Position numbers and translations under genes: made by a program
Notes under the pieces: model-generated
Seen by the model: only the letters and a program-made list of their open reading frames with translations
The model's database searches: none
Told to the model about the DNA's origin: nothing
Part shown: one piece after another, positions 12,571-26,469 of the stretch
Position numbering within the stretch: the stretch's first letter is position 1
How the letters are laid out: every line of letters begins with the position of its first letter
DNA from: Mobula hypostoma
Lineage: Eukaryota
DNA length: 64,000 nt
Assembly: GCF_963921235.1 (NCBI RefSeq)
Contig: NC_086108.1
Location: 29,080,001-29,144,000, forward strand
Reading direction: 5' to 3'

Positions 12571-13975
12571 CGTTCCACTCTTTAAGAAAGGTGGAAGACA
12601 GGAGAAAGTAAATTATAGACCGGTTAGACTGACCTCTGGTTGGGAAGATGTAGGAGTCAACTGTTGAGGATGTGGAGATGGACTACTTAGTGACACAGGA
12701 CAACATAGTACAAAGTCAGCATGGTTTCCTTCAGGGAAAATCCTGCCTTACAAACCTGTTGGAATTCTTTGAGGAGATTATAAGCAGGATAGATAAAGGG
12801 GATACAGTGGATGTTGTACATTTGGACTTTCAGAAGGCCTTTGACAAGGTGCCACACATGAGGCTGCTTACCAAGTTAAGAGCCCATAGTATTACAGGAA
12901 AGATACTGACATGATAAGAACATTGACTGTTTGGTAGAAGGCAGTGAGTGGGAATAAAGGGATCCTTTTCTGGTTGGCTGCCAGTGACTAGTGATGTTCC
13001 GCAGGGGTTGGTGTTGGGACCACTTCTTTTTTTGCTGTATATAAATAATTCAGATGATGGAATAGATGGCTTTGTTGCCAAGTTTGCAGATGATATGAAG
13101 ATTGGTGGAGGGGCATGTAGTGTTGAGGAAACAGGTAGGAACATGGAAGGACTTAGACAGATTAGGAGAATGGGCAAGAAAGTGGCAAATGAAATACAAT
13201 GTTGGAAAATGCATGGTCATGCACTTTGGTAGTAGAAATGAATGTGTGGACTATTTTCTAAACAGGGAGAAAATCCAGAAATCTGAGATGCAATGGGGCT
13301 TGGGAGTCCTTGTGCAGAACACCCTAAAGGTTAACTTGCTGGTTGAGCCAGTGTTGAGGAAGGCAAATGCTACGTTAGCATTCATTTCAGGAGGTCTAGA
13401 ATATAAGAGCAAGGATGTGATGCTAAGGCTTTATAAGGCACTGGTGAGGCCTCTCCATGAGTATTGTGAACAGTTTTGGGCTCCTCATCTTGGAAAAGAT
13501 GTGCTGTCATTAGGGAGGGTCCAGAGGAAGTTCCCAAGGATGATTCCAGGAATGAACATTTGATGGCTCTGGGTCTGTGCTCACTGAAATTCAGAAGGAT
13601 GGGGGCGGGGGGGGGGGAATCTCATTGAAACTTTTCAAATGTTGAAAGGCCTAGACAGAGTAGATGTGGAAAGGATGTTTCCCATGGTGGGAGAGTCTAC
13701 GACAAGAGGGCACAGCCTCGGGATAGAGGGGCACCCTTTCAAAACAAAGATGCGGAGACACTTCTTTAGGCAAAGGGTGATGAATTTGTGGAATTTGTTG
13801 CCCCATGCAGCAGTGGAGGACAGGTTGTTGGGTGTTTTTAAGGCAGAGATTGATAGGTTCTTGATTGGACATGGCATCAAAGGTTACCAGGAGAAGGCAG
13901 GGAACTGGGGTTGAGGAAGAGGAAAAAAAGGATCAGCCATGATGGCCTAATTCTGCTCCTATACTTATGGTCTTT
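12571..13975 (+). mobile_element. 5'-truncated CR1 LINE (RT and 3' end)
   Basis: HLDFQKAFDKVPH, VPQGLVLGP, KFADDMKIG, LVRPLHEYCEQFWAP; CTTATGGT tail. Confidence 0.9.
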
Positions 13976-14578
13976 CTATGGTGCATTGATAAATATGGAT
14001 GGGGACATACCAAATTCCTTAAGCCTTCGGAGGAAATTGAGCTGATGGTGAGTTTTCTTGGTCATGGCATCTACATTGTTGGACCGAGACAGGCTATTAT
14101 TTGATGAATTCCAAAGAATTTGATGGTCTTGACCCTCTCAACCTCAGCACCATTGATATAGGTAGTGCATGTGTACCACTCACCTTCCTGAAGTCAGGGA
14201 CCAGCTCTTTTGTTTTGTTGACATTGAGGGAAGGGAGCTGTCATGTCAACAAGCTCTCTTTCTCCTTCCTGTCCTCTGATTCATTGTTATTTGAGATACA
14301 GCTCGCTATATTGGTATCATTTGCAAACTAGTAGATAGAGTTAGGGCAGAATCTGGCCACATGTGTACAGGGAGTAGCGGACTGAGGACATAACCCTGTG
14401 GTGCACCAGTGTTTAGAATAATTTTGGCAAGGTATTGTTGCCTATCCTCACTAATTGGAGTCTGTTGATCAAGAAGTTGATGACCCAGTTGCAGAGGGAG
14501 ACATTGACACCCACAGTCCAGAGTTTAGTAATGACATTGCTTGGAATGATAGTATTGAAAGCAGAACTGAAGTCAATA

Positions 14579-16116
14579 CAACACACATAAAAGATGCTGG
14601 TGAACACAGCAGGCCAGGCAACATTTCTAGGAAGAGGTACAGTCGACGTTTCGGGCTGAGACACTTCGTCAGGACTAACTGAAAGAAGAGCTAGTAAGAG
14701 ATTTGAAAGTGGGAGGGGGAGGGGGAGATCTGAAATGATAGGAGAAGTCAGGAGGGGGAGGGATGGAGCCAAGAGCTGGACAGTTGAGTAGCAAAAGGGA
14801 TATGAGAGGACCATGGGACAGGAGGCCTAGGAAGAAGGAAAAAGGGGAGGGGTGGAAAAAGCCCAGAGGATGGGCAAGGGGTATAGTGAGAGGGACAGAG
14901 GGAGAAAAAGGAGAGAGAGAGAAAGAATATGTGTATATAAATAAATAACGGAGAGGGTATGAGTGGGAGGTGGGGCATTAGCGGAAGTCTGAGAAGTCAA
15001 TGTTCATGCCATCAGGTTGGAGGCTACCCAGACGGAATATAAGGTGCTGTTCCTCCAACCTGAGTGTTGCTTCATCTTTACAGTAGAGGAGGCCATGGAT
15101 AGACATATCAGAATGGGAATGGGACGTGGAATTAAAATGTGTGGCCACTGGGAGATCCTGCTTTCTCTGGCGGACAGAGCATAGGTGTTCAGTGAAACGA
15201 TCTCCCAGCCTGCGTCGGGTCTTGCCAATATATAGAAGGTCACATTGGGAGCACCGGATGCAGTATATCACCCCAGCCGACTCACAGGTGAAGTGTCGCC
15301 TCACTTGGAAGGACTGTCTGGGGCCCTGAATGGTGGTGAGGGAGGAAATGTAAGGGCATGTGTAGCACTTGTTCCACTTACAAGGATAAGTGCCAGGAGA
15401 GAGATTGGTGGGGTCGAATGGACAAGGGAGTCGCGTAGGGAGCGATCCCTGCGGAAAGCAGAGAGAGGGGGGGAAGGAAAGATGTGCTTAGTGGTGGGAT
15501 GCCGTTGGAGGTGGCGGAAGTTACGGAGAATTATATGTTGGACCCGGAGGCTGGTGGGGTGGTAGGTGAGGACCGGGGAACCCTATTCCTAGTGGGGTGC
15601 TGGGAGGATGGAGTGAGAGCAGATGTGCGTGAAATGGGGGAGATGTGTTTGAGAGCAGAGTTGATGGTGGAGGAAGGGAAGCCCCTTTCTTTAAGAAAGG
15701 AGGACATCTCCCTCGTCCTGGAATGAAAAGCGTCATCCTGTGAGCAGATGCGGCGGAGACAGAGGAATTGCAAGAAGGGGATGGCATTTTTGCAAGAGAT
15801 AGGGTGAGAAGAGGAATAGTCCAGATAGCAGCAAGAGTCAGTAGGCTTATAGTAGACATCAGTAGATAAGCTGTCTCCAGAGACAGAGACAGAAAGATCT
15901 AGAAAGGGGAGGGAGGTGTCGGAAATGGACCAGGTAAACTTGAGGGCAGGGTGAAAGTTGGAGGCAAAGTTAATAAAGTCAACGAGCTCAGCATGCGTGC
16001 AGGAAGCAGCGCCAATGCAGTCGTCGATATAGAGAAGGAAAAGTGGGGGACAGATACCAGAATAGGTTTGGAACATAGATTGTTCCACAAAGCCAACAAA
16101 AAGGCAGGCATAGCTA
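14579..16116 (-). mobile_element. Penelope-like element (Neptune-type): RT C-terminus, GIY-YIG endonuclease, terminal repeat
   Basis: LYIDDCIGAA and LPFLDL...TDVYYKPTDS (RT); GVIYCIRCSQCDLLYIGKTRRRLGDRFTEH (GIY-YIG). Imperfect 14-bp TSD AACTGAAGTCAATA / CACTGAATTCAATA. Confidence 0.9.
14641..14676 (-). ncRNA. Minimal hammerhead ribozyme motif in the Penelope terminal repeat
   Basis: Reverse complement AGTC-CTGACGA-AGTGTCTCAGCCC-GAAAC-GTC-GACT; stem II is imperfect. Confidence 0.6.
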
Positions 16117-16924
16117 CACTGAATTCAATAGGTCTCTTTGCTATCCAATGCTCCAAAGATGAGTGTAGGGCCAACAGACCTGTTTCAGTGGTGTGCGAAT
16201 TGCTGTGGGTCAAGGTTGTCTGGGAGGCTGGAGCTAATGAGTACCATGACCAGCCTCTCGAAGCATTTTACAATGGTGCACCTTAGACCTACTGGGCAGT
16301 AGTCATTGAGGCATGTCTCCTTGTTCTTCTTAGGTATCACAGTGATAGTGGTCTTCTTAAAGCAGGTGGTTGTCTTAAAACAGATAGTTTTAACTGTTTA
16401 TCTCCAGGAATTTATGCACGTTGTCAACTCTGTTCTCAACCATCTTTCCTCACACACAACCTTCTGATTCAATAAATTCTTCCTCAGCTTGGTCTTAAAT
16501 GGATGCCCTCTTATTCTGAGACCATGCTTTTGTGTTCTGGACACCTAATGCTATCTTTATCACAAAGGTTGGACTGTGGTATTTGATGTCTCCATTAGAT
16601 CTTAGGATGGTTTGCTGTCAATAGTATTGACTAGTATTGAAAAGTCAGTGAAATATCATCTGAGAAACGCCATCATATGCTGATGGACTATGGAGTTGGT
16701 GAGATCTCTGTGCTAATATTGACACAACTGGTAAGTAGTTCCCAGAAACTGACTCTGTTTTGAGATTTCTAAGATCACCGCTTTTCCATATAAGTTTCCA
16801 GAGTCACATTTTTATGAGTTGTAGATTTTTCAGATATCTTATGGACTGTTAATGTTGGTAATAGATTTGTTTATTATTTTATCGCTATATCTTTTTCTAT
16901 TCTATCCTACAAGAGGATACTTCC

Positions 16925-17379
16925 TGGAAGAGCCATGTACCTATTTTCTGTCTGTCTGTATTGTATTTTGTGCTGCACATTTATTGTGCATGATTTATCA
17001 TGTGGGTTGAGGCGTAGTATAAGTGAATAAGTATAGTTAAGTATTCATACTTTGTCTAAGTTCAGGTTAGTCCAGGTAGAGCCAAAGAAGCAGCTAGGAT
17101 GATATTTATTGTTGACCGCTAAGTTTGCTTAGTTACGCTATTACTTCAGGATGCTAACGCTAAGGCCGCTAACGTTACTGCTTAGACTGATTATTTCATT
17201 ATATCACTAGTTTTAGTTTCATTAGTATTTTATCATTACAAAATTGTTCATCTTTGCTGGTTTATTAATAAGGGATTGAATTAACTTTGGGACTTCATTA
17301 CTTTGGAGTGTGTCATACAGTAACAACCTCCGTGCTTCGTCTCTGAGCGGTTTAGGTTTGTATTCAAGAAACTGCTACA
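16925..17379 (+). repeat. BEL 5' LTR
   Basis: Homologous to 28546-29007; ends ...CTACA. Confidence 0.8.
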
Positions 17380-17614
17380 TTTTGTCAACAAAAAATGTTT
17401 ATACCAAACAAACACCAGTCTACGGCTAAGGATTACCTCAGATCTGTTGGCGAAATTGGAATAGCAGCACTGAGAAGCCAACACAGCTTGTGGCATGCAA
17501 AGACCTTTTGTTGATTCATGCTGTGTGTTTGTGATGCCAACACGGTTTGGAATGTCTGTCCACTGGGGACCATTGTTTGGTCATGTGATGATTGCCTGTG
17601 GGTTCACCATTATG

Positions 17615-20130
17615 TTAGAATTAGAATTTATTTAATTCTTATATCCATCCCACAACGTCAGGGAGTAAAAATCTTTGTATTATGACTCCATAGCAATGTA
17701 CAGACATGGGAATTTAGAAGTCTAATTGCTTGTAGAAAGAAGCTGTCCCATAGCCTGTTGATCCTGGCTTTAATGCTGTGGCAGCATTTTCCAGACGGAA
17801 GCAGCTGAAACAGTTTATTGTTGGGGTGACTGGTGTCCCCGACGATCTTCCAGGCCTTCTTTATATACCTGCTGTATATGTTCTCAGTGGAGGTAAGTTC
17901 ACATCCACAGACGCACTGGGCTGTCCATATCACTCTCTGCAGTGCCCACAATCAAGGTTGGTGCAGTTTCCACACCAGGTGGTGATACAGCCAGTCAGGA
18001 TGCTCTCATTGGAGCCCCTGTAGAAGGTCTTGAGGATCTGGGGGTCCACACTGAACTTTTTCAGTTGCCTGAGGTGGAAGAGACACTGTTGTGCTTTTTC
18101 TTTTGCCACAAAGCCAGTGTGTACAGTCCAGGTGAGATCACCGATAATATGTATACCGAGGAACTTGAAACTACCCACCTCTCAGCTTCAGACCCATTAA
18201 TGTTGATTGGGCCAAGCCTGTCTCTGTTCCTCCTGTAATCCACAATCAACCCTTTTGGACATTGAGGGAGAGGTTATCCTGGCACCACTGTGTCAGGGTG
18301 TCAACCTCTCCTCTGTAGGCTGTCTCATCACTGCTAGAAATAAGGTCAATCAAAGTCGGGTCATCTGTAAATTTGATCAGCAGATTGGAGCTGTGTTTGG
18401 CAGTACAGTTGTAGTTGTATAGAGAGTAGGGAAGGGGACTCAGAACACAACCCTGGGGGTCCACCAGTGAAGGTCAGAAGGTCAGAGGTGAGAGAGCTCA
18501 TCCTTAAAACCTGTTGGCGATATGATAGGAAGTCTAGGATCCAGCTGCACAAGGTGGGGTCAAGATTGAGGTCTCTGAGCTTCTTGTCAAGTCTGGAGGG
18601 AATTATGGTATTGAATGCTGAACTGTAGTCCAGGAACAGCATTTGAATGTCTACATACCTCTTCTCCAGGTGAGTGAGGATGGTGTGTAGTGCTGTGGCT
18701 ATGGCATCATTAGTAGACCGGTCCCTTCGGTAGGCGAATTGTAGGGGGTCCAGTGTGGATGGTAGCACGCTCCAGATGTAGTCTTTAACCAGCCTCTCAA
18801 AGAATTTGCTTATAATTGAGGTGAGTGTGACAGGGAACCAATCGTGCAGGCATGCTACCTTAGTTTTCTTAGGTACAGGGACAATGATGGACAATTTGAA
18901 ACAGGAGGGCACTACACACTGGGAGAGGGTGAGATTAAAATGTCCATAAACACACCAGCTAACTGTTCAGTGCACACTTTAAGGATGCGCCCTGGGACGC
19001 TGTTTGAATGTAGCTTGTGACCATCTCCGTGTACTCAGAGATGTTCTCAGCTCAGAATACCTCCCAGGTGATGCTATCAAAGCTGTCTTGTAACATTGAG
19101 TCCGATTGGTTGGACAGCAGTGGATAGTTTTCACCATGGCCGCTTCCTGCTTCAATCTCTGCCTGTAGGTGGGCAGAAGCAAGATGGAGGAATGGTCAGA
19201 CTTTCCAAACAGAAGGTGAAGATATGCTTTGCGGGCACTGTGGAAGGGATAGAGGCAGTGGTTGAGTATGCCTCCTCCCCGTGTGCTCACCTCGATGTGT
19301 CGGCAGAACTTTGGGTGAGCTCTGGTCTGTGACACTTGGTTAAAGTCTCCAGCGCTGATGAAAGCAACCTCTGGGTGTGTGGTTTCATGGATATTGATGG
19401 TTTCACGAAGTTTACTAAAAGCCTCTTTGATATCGGCCTGTGGTGGGATGTACACAGCTGTAATGATAACAGACGCAAATTCTCTAGGCAGCCAGAAAGG
19501 TTGACAGAGCAGCATAAGGTACTCCAGATCTTGGAAGCAATAGGATTTGAGGGTGTGCACACTACCTGAGTCACACCAAGCATTGTTCACCATGAAACAT
19601 AATCCCCCACCTTTACTTTTCCCATAGAGGTCTTTAGACCTGTCCGCTCGGAACACAGAGAACCTGATGGGTTTGATGGCTTGGTCTGGTACTTCCTCCG
19701 ATAACTGGGTTTTGGTAATGCATAAGAGGTTACAATGCTATGTCTTCTGTTGGTAGGATATTCTGGCTCTCAGCTCACACAACTTGTTGTCCAGGGACCG
19801 TATGTTGGCCAGGAGTATGCCAGGGAGCGGCAGTCTATTCGTGCACCGTCTTAACCTGACCAAGATGCCAGGTCTTTTTCCTCACCTCCGGCAATGCTCC
19901 CTCGGTGACGAACCTCCCATGGTTCGTGTGAGCAGCCGGTCCCAGTGGTAGAAAGGTGACACATTATGATTGAATGCTGTCTTTCTGATGTTCAAAAGAG
20001 TCAGTCGATATTACCTGATGAGACTTTCAGCTTTTTGTAAGAGAGGTGCAGAAAGGACCAGAGAGATAAGCAGAAAATGACAACACCAATTTGGAGTATG
20101 CCACACGGCTGCTGTACAAGGCGCCATCTT
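17615..20130 (-). mobile_element. Rex1/Babar LINE with both ends and an internal deletion
   Basis: APE (KSKGGGLCFMVNNAWC, AVYIPPQA, AGDFNQ, GKSDHS) and RT ([20 protein letters not shown]). 5' end AAGATGGCGCC, TTCTAA-like tail, short TTATG duplication. Confidence 0.88.
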
Positions 20131-21744
20131 TATGGTCATATTTTTACTGAAGTGGTGAAATACTCCGGTTGCCGACATTTGAATTAAATGGCGTTTGTTT
20201 GGTCTGCTTTAAACGCTGTGGATGCACGGCTGGTTTGTTGTTGACTACGTTTATTGAATCAGGATATCACTGGTGCTGCAGGTGAACAAGGAATTAATTG
20301 CAAGTGGAGCAATAAGGAGAAAGAAACATGAGTGAATTGAAATTTGGAATGGATGCCAGAAACCCTCATATCAGGACTGTCAAAAGAGAAATTGATTACT
20401 TTGAAAGCTTTAGCGGGTAGAGTTGCAAATCTTCAGAAGGAATATAAGACAAATGTGAACAAAATCAAAGGTTTAATACCAGCAATTAAGGATCTAATGG
20501 GAAATAAGGAAAATGCCCTAGAAGTGCAATTTTATCTTGAGGACTTGACTAGCCTTTGTGCAACTGTTGCTAAGCAACATCACGCATTGTTGTCACTAAT
20601 TTGTGAGGCCAAGCAAGGAAAAAGAATGAAAATTTTTGAAGCATTGAATGCCTTAGTAGTGCAGTCAGAGGGTATGTTAAACAATGTTTGAACCAAATAT
20701 GTTATATTGAAGGTTATGTTCTTGAAACAAGTGAAAACATTTCTCAAATTCCAAGGCATATTTTGACTCAACATATAGCAGAGGAGCCACAGGATTAAGT
20801 AAATTCAAGTGATAGTGCATAAAATGTCCTTGCTCCAGGTTCTGCTACAGGCAGAGCATATCCGCGTCTAATACCTCCTCTGTGCAGAAAAAAAACAGAG
20901 GCTGATATAGTTGCACTAATCACACTCATGTTGGTATTGATGTACAGCATGGAAACACTCTTGTTTTAGATGTTAGAGATCAAAATAGTACTATTGATAT
21001 TATGAGGAACCAAAATGAAATACCATCCTTATTGGAACAACAGCAGCACATTTCATCTCTGCCTAAAGGAGAGATTAAAATATTTGATGATCCATTGCAG
21101 TATCATGCATTCATGAAGGCTTTTGAAAATAGTGTTGAAGACAAGACTGACGATTATGATGACTGCCTCTATTTCCTTGAACAGTACACTAGAGGCTGCC
21201 CTGGAGAACTTGTCAGAAGTTTCTAGCATGTTGATCCTAGGGAAGGATATCTAAAGGCTAAGGCTTTACTGCGGGAACATTTTGGTTTTGGATAGAACAT
21301 TACATTTGCCTACATGCAAAAGGCTCTCTCTTGGGTACCTATCAAATCTGAAAATGTGAAAGTGCTTCGAGACTACAGTCTTTTTCTTAGAGGCTCTTGC
21401 AATGCCATGGGAAAAGTGTAGTACATGTAGGAGCTGGACATACCTGCTGATATGTCAATTGTCATAAAGAAATTGCCCTGTATGCTTCAGGATAACTGGA
21501 GCTTGGTGGTCTGTGAACTGCAAGAAAGGCATACCCGTAAGAATACTTTGGCAAACATTGTTGATTTTATTGAAAGGCAAGTTGTTACACAGCCGGTGTT
21601 TGGGAACATACAGATTCTCTATCACCAGCAATAAGCAAAGGTATGAACAAAGCTAAGTCACAATGTCATTCTGAGGCTAAGGGAAGCAGTTTTACCACTG
21701 CTGTGGCCACTGAGAAGTATAGCTAAAATTGAATCGAGAGGTAA

Positions 21745-22338
21745 TCGAAGGGAAATGCGAAGATGTAATGTTGAGTCTTTATGAAGTACAGGTGACATTT
21801 CACTTGTATTGTGAGCAGTTTTATGCCCCTTACCTTAGAAAGGATGTGCTGAAAATGGAAAGGGTTCAAAGGAGGTTCATAAAAATGATTCCAGGATTGA
21901 ATGGTTTGTCATAGGAAGACCATTTGATGGCTCTGGGCCTGTATTCATTAGAATTCAGAAGAATGAGAGGTGACCTGATTGAAACCTATTGAATGGTGAA
22001 AGGCCTTCATAGAGTGGATGTGGAAAGGATATTTCCTATGGTAGGAGAATCTAAGACCAGAGGACAGCCTTAGAATAGAGGGGCGCCTTTTTAGAATGAA
22101 GAAAAGGAGGAATTTCTTTAGCCAGAGAGCGATGAATCTGTAGAATTCTTTGCCACAGGCAGCTGTGGATGTCAAGTCTTTATGTATGTTTAAGGCACAA
22201 GTTGATAGATTCTTGATTGGTCATGGCATGAAGGGATATGGGGAGAAAGCAGGAGATTGGGATTGAGAGGAAAATTGGATCAGCCATGATGAAATGGGGA
22301 GCAAATGGCCAAATTCTACTCCAATATCTTATGGTCTT
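21745..22338 (+). mobile_element. CR1 3' fragment inserted in BEL gag-pro
   Basis: YCEQFYAPYLRKDVLKMERVQRRFIKMIPG; TCTTATGGTCTTAT tail. Confidence 0.85.
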
Positions 22339-23773
22339 ATCAGAATGGCCAGAAGTCTAAGAAGGGTAACATGACAATGGTTACTTATGCTTTTCTGGAT
22401 CAAGGAAGTACGGCAGTTTTCTGCACAGCAAGTCAAATGAACAAGCTCAGCCTAACAGGAAAAGGGACTCACATTTTATGCATCATGGATTAAGAGAAGG
22501 TTGTGAGTTCTACTTTGTTTCTGGATTGGAAGTAGTTGGCCTAGATGGTGAAAACTATTATGAACTAACTAATGTCTATATGCAGGAAAATTTGCCTGTC
22601 CACAAACAGAACATTCCTGATCAGAGGGTCTCCAGGGATGGTCTAACCAGAAACATGCCAATTTGCCAGTCTGCCAGAGATTGACTCAGAAATTGAGCCG
22701 CTAATACGGGCAAACTTGCCTAAAAGATTGGAGCTGTTTCAAGTGCTTTGCAGTGTCAATGAAGGACACTATGCAATCAGAACAATGATGGGTTGGACTG
22801 TGAATAGAACACTGAAAGGAGACCATGGTGCTGGGAGAAACGGTGCTCAGCCTGAGCTGATGGTTAACAGGATCTCCGCTTTGATCTTGGGTGAGCTATG
22901 GCAGCAGCTGACTTCACTGAATATAGTCAGGATGAACAATCTGGTTTGTCAAGTGAAGACCATAATTTCATGGAGCTGGTTGCAAATTCTGCAAAACTGG
23001 TTGATGGCCACAACCAGATTAGTTTACTTTTGAGAAAGAAGGAAGCTAACTTGTCTAATAAGAGGAATATTGCTGAACAGCATGCTCTAAATCAAAAGGA
23101 AACAGTTTTAAGAAGCTACGCAGTTTTCACGAAGGATGTCATCTCCAAATGTTATGCTGAAAGAATGCCAGCAGAGAACCTGGAACATTGTGATGGGCAA
23201 GTCTGGCATATTCCATGTCATGGTGTTTACCACCCCAGAAAAGGGAAAGTCCGTGTTGTTTCACTGTGAGATGAATTTTCAGGGAATATCACTTAATGCT
23301 CAGCTTTTTCAGGGACTAAATCTTACCAGCTCATTGAATGGAGTTATAACCCAATTCAGAAAAGAACCAGTGGTGATCATGGTGGATATTGAATCAATGT
23401 TTCATCAGATTAAAGTACCAGTGGAAGAAGCAGATCTGCTGAGGTTTCGCTGGTGGTCAGATGGTGACCTTAGCCAAGATGTGGTAGACTTTAGAATGGT
23501 AGTACATCTCTTAGGAGCAACTTCATCATGAGCTGTGCCAATTTCAGTCTTAGGAAATATGCAGAAGACAATGAAGAACAGTTCAGTCACGAAACAATGG
23601 ATAGGGTTTTACATTGCTTCTACAGTATGTTGATGACTGTCTTGTGTCCGTGCCCTTTGAGGTAAAAGCAATGTTCCTCTATCATGACCTTGTATCCATT
23701 TGTGCTAAAAGCCACTTTTAAGTCACAAAGTGGATAAGCAACAGACATAGTGTAATATCTGTGATACCAGAAG

Positions 23774-25552
23774 TGTCATGGTCTGGATCACGTTCCCTTT
23801 AAATTTACTTTGTTTGTGTTACGATCTGGACCGTTGACCCCCTGTTTCCCTTTGGTTCCCTGTTTTCCCGTGTCCCTCAGGCTTGGTGATTAGAGGCATT
23901 TGCTCTCGGCTGAACCAACAGTTTATAAGTCTCTGGCTTTCAGCTGTTCGGCGCGATAGCGTTAACGAAGTCACTGAAGGTAGTGCGAACCAATGAAATC
24001 TGGCCAGAGCCGACTAAGTTTCTTGCCGGAACAAGCCTAGTCTCCTCCCGAAGCAAATGCCAGCAAGCCGCCTTCCCTTGCCAGAGCGGGTCAGTCAAAG
24101 ATAACCCACCGGCGTGAGTCACGAGCTTGCTGCTGCTTGGAGCGTACTTGTGCCCAATTATAGTACTGTCCATCGTTGTGTGGTCTCCGTATCCATGTCC
24201 TGTGTCTAAAAGGGGTCCCGGCCCTGTACCCTGGAAGGGGCCTGACCCTGTGTCAAAAAGAGTCCCAACTCCGTCCTGTGTCTAAGGAGGATTCCCGGCT
24301 CAGTGTTTTATGACCTATGTCTGAGTTTGTCCCGTGAATAAGGAGAGTCCCTGGCTCCGAGGTTTCAAGTATCAAGTCCTGGCTCTGGAGGTTTCAAGTA
24401 TCAAGTCCTGGCTCCGAGGTCCGTGTTCCGAATCCTGGCTCCGAGGTCCGTGTTCCGAGTCCTGGCTCTGGGGTCAGTGTTCTGAGTCCTAGCTGTGACG
24501 AGAGTACACATAGATTAAGATGTTAGCTGTCCTGTGCTGGCACCAGTGGGATCAGCAGTTGGTCTGCCACCTGTCTTCAGGAGAAAAAGAGATAAGGAAA
24601 ACAATGGCGCAGCATTTGGAGATGTTAATGAAGGGACGGAAGGAGAGCTGTCAAGATCGGCTCCCCCTTTGAACCCTGAACTGTTTGAAGTGAAGGACAG
24701 GCGATACCCCAGCAGGGGGATAAAAAGGGACAAGTTCACTAAGGCAAGACACACACGACACCCCAAGGTAACGAAACCCTGGAAGCGGTGCGTCTCCCAC
24801 AAGTCGGTGGGAGGTTTTGGAGGGCTGGTTGTGGGACCAAGCCATAGACGCACAGGGGGGAAAGGTACGATTGGCGGGAACCTGGTGTGTGTCCGCCCTT
24901 GCCTGGGTGCCAGGTTCACCGCAGAGAAACGATCGTATCTGGAAACGGAGTGGTCACGGTCGGTGACCTCAGAAGACATCACAAAGGGCTCGCCCGAAAG
25001 CTGACTGCGAAGAATATTGAAGGTCTGTGTGGAAGCAGTTTGAATATTCATTCGTTTTTGCTCTGTCTCTCTCCTTCCCCCCCACTGTCCATCGCCACGG
25101 CAGTGATTACTGTGAACTGAACTGAACTCAATTGAACTGAACTTTGCGTCACTTTGAAACTGGTCATTTACCCCTAGACGACGATAGAGCTTGATTGATC
25201 CTGTTATCCTAATTCTGTGTACATGCGTGTTTATCATTGCTGAACTGTTGCATTTATTATCCTTTTGATTAGAGTACTGTGTTGCTTGTTTCTTTAATAA
25301 AACTTTCTTAGTTCCAGTAATCCAGACTCCAACTGAGTGATCCACTTCTGCTGGTTTGGCAACCCAGCTACGGGGTACGTAACATAGCCCAGACGCTTAG
25401 TCCCAGCCTAGTCCAGGGCCTGAGCCCTTGTCCCTTATGCTATTCCTGCTTCTGCTTTGCTCTCCTTGTAATGAGCAATAAACTCAATTTAGTTAACCTC
25501 ACAAGACATGTTTGCGTCTTGCATTTGGGTCCACCCATGCCCCCATGTGACA
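23774..25552 (+). mobile_element. Solo LTR (~0.88 kb without its nested insert) with internal tandem repeats, inserted in BEL pol
   Basis: TGTCA...TGACA termini, 5-bp TSD AGAAG (23769-23773, 25553-25557), AATAAA near 25477. 3' end resembles the LTR at 50522. Confidence 0.85.
24494..25384 (+). mobile_element. Solo LTR (891 bp) nested in the previous LTR
   Basis: TGTGACG...CGTAACA termini, 4-bp TSD TAGC (24490-24493, 25385-25388), AATAAA near 25296. Confidence 0.88.
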
Positions 25553-26469
25553 AGAAGAGCAAAGAGCAAAACACATGAAGAATTTGGATTTGGATCAAGA
25601 TATTCCTACGGTGGCGAGAGTACTGGGAATACAATGGTGATCCAAGGTAGGCCACTCACCAGAAGGGGTATCTTCTCCACACTTAGTTCCCTTGGGAATC
25701 TTGAGTTTGGTAGTGTTATCTGCTAGAAAGATCCTAGAAGATCTATGTATGAAAGAGCATGGCTGGGTTGACACTATTCCAACCTCACTTGCTCATGAGT
25801 GGACAATCTGGTTGGAAGAACTGTGAGTTGGAAGCCTTCAAAGTTGTTTGATGTTTGAAACCCTTGGATTTCAAAGAAGTTACTGATGCACCACTTTACA
25901 GACGCAAGTGAAGATGGCTATGGAGCGAGCAGTGCCTTATTTATCGTGGCACAACCTGTGTTCTCAGGTGTGCAGTGCTTTTATCATGGGAAAATCCAGG
26001 ATAGCTCCTCTGGTCAGTTTCCATCCCTCACATGGAGCTCACCACTGCTACCATGGCAAGCTGTATGGATACATGGTGGAGGAAGGAGTTGCACAACCAG
26101 CTTCAGGATTCAGTGTTTTGGACTAATAGTACTTCAGTGCTGAGGTATATCAAGAATGAAACTTGCCAGGTTCTGAACTTTTATTGCTAACAGTTTCAGA
26201 ACTTCTTGAGGTCTCACAAGCATCTCAATGGAGGTATGTAAACACTCAGTAGACGTGGACTCTAGAGGGTTAAAGGTGAAGGCATGAGACATGGGTGTCA
26301 GGGCCTCAGTATCTTCGTCAGCCTGAAAGGGAATGGCCTGTGAATCCTGACTGTTCTAGAGAACTTCTGCTAGATGATACAGAAGTCAAGAGGAGTGTTA
26401 CACTGAATGTCATACAGATTGAAGAGGCATTGGGCGCAGTAACATATAATTCATCATTTCTCATCTTGG

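Larger units (their letters stand above)
12110..16380 (-). mobile_element. Decayed Rex1/Babar-like LINE fragment interrupted by a CR1 and a Penelope element
   Basis: [13 protein letters not shown]...[21 protein letters not shown] in ORF 14413-14814. Continuity across 12570/13972 and 14578/16117. Confidence 0.7.

Noticed and set aside
24515..25345. 276-aa and 156-aa ORFs as novel genes
   Set aside because: Both lie wholly within a TSD-flanked solo LTR and show no recognisable domain.
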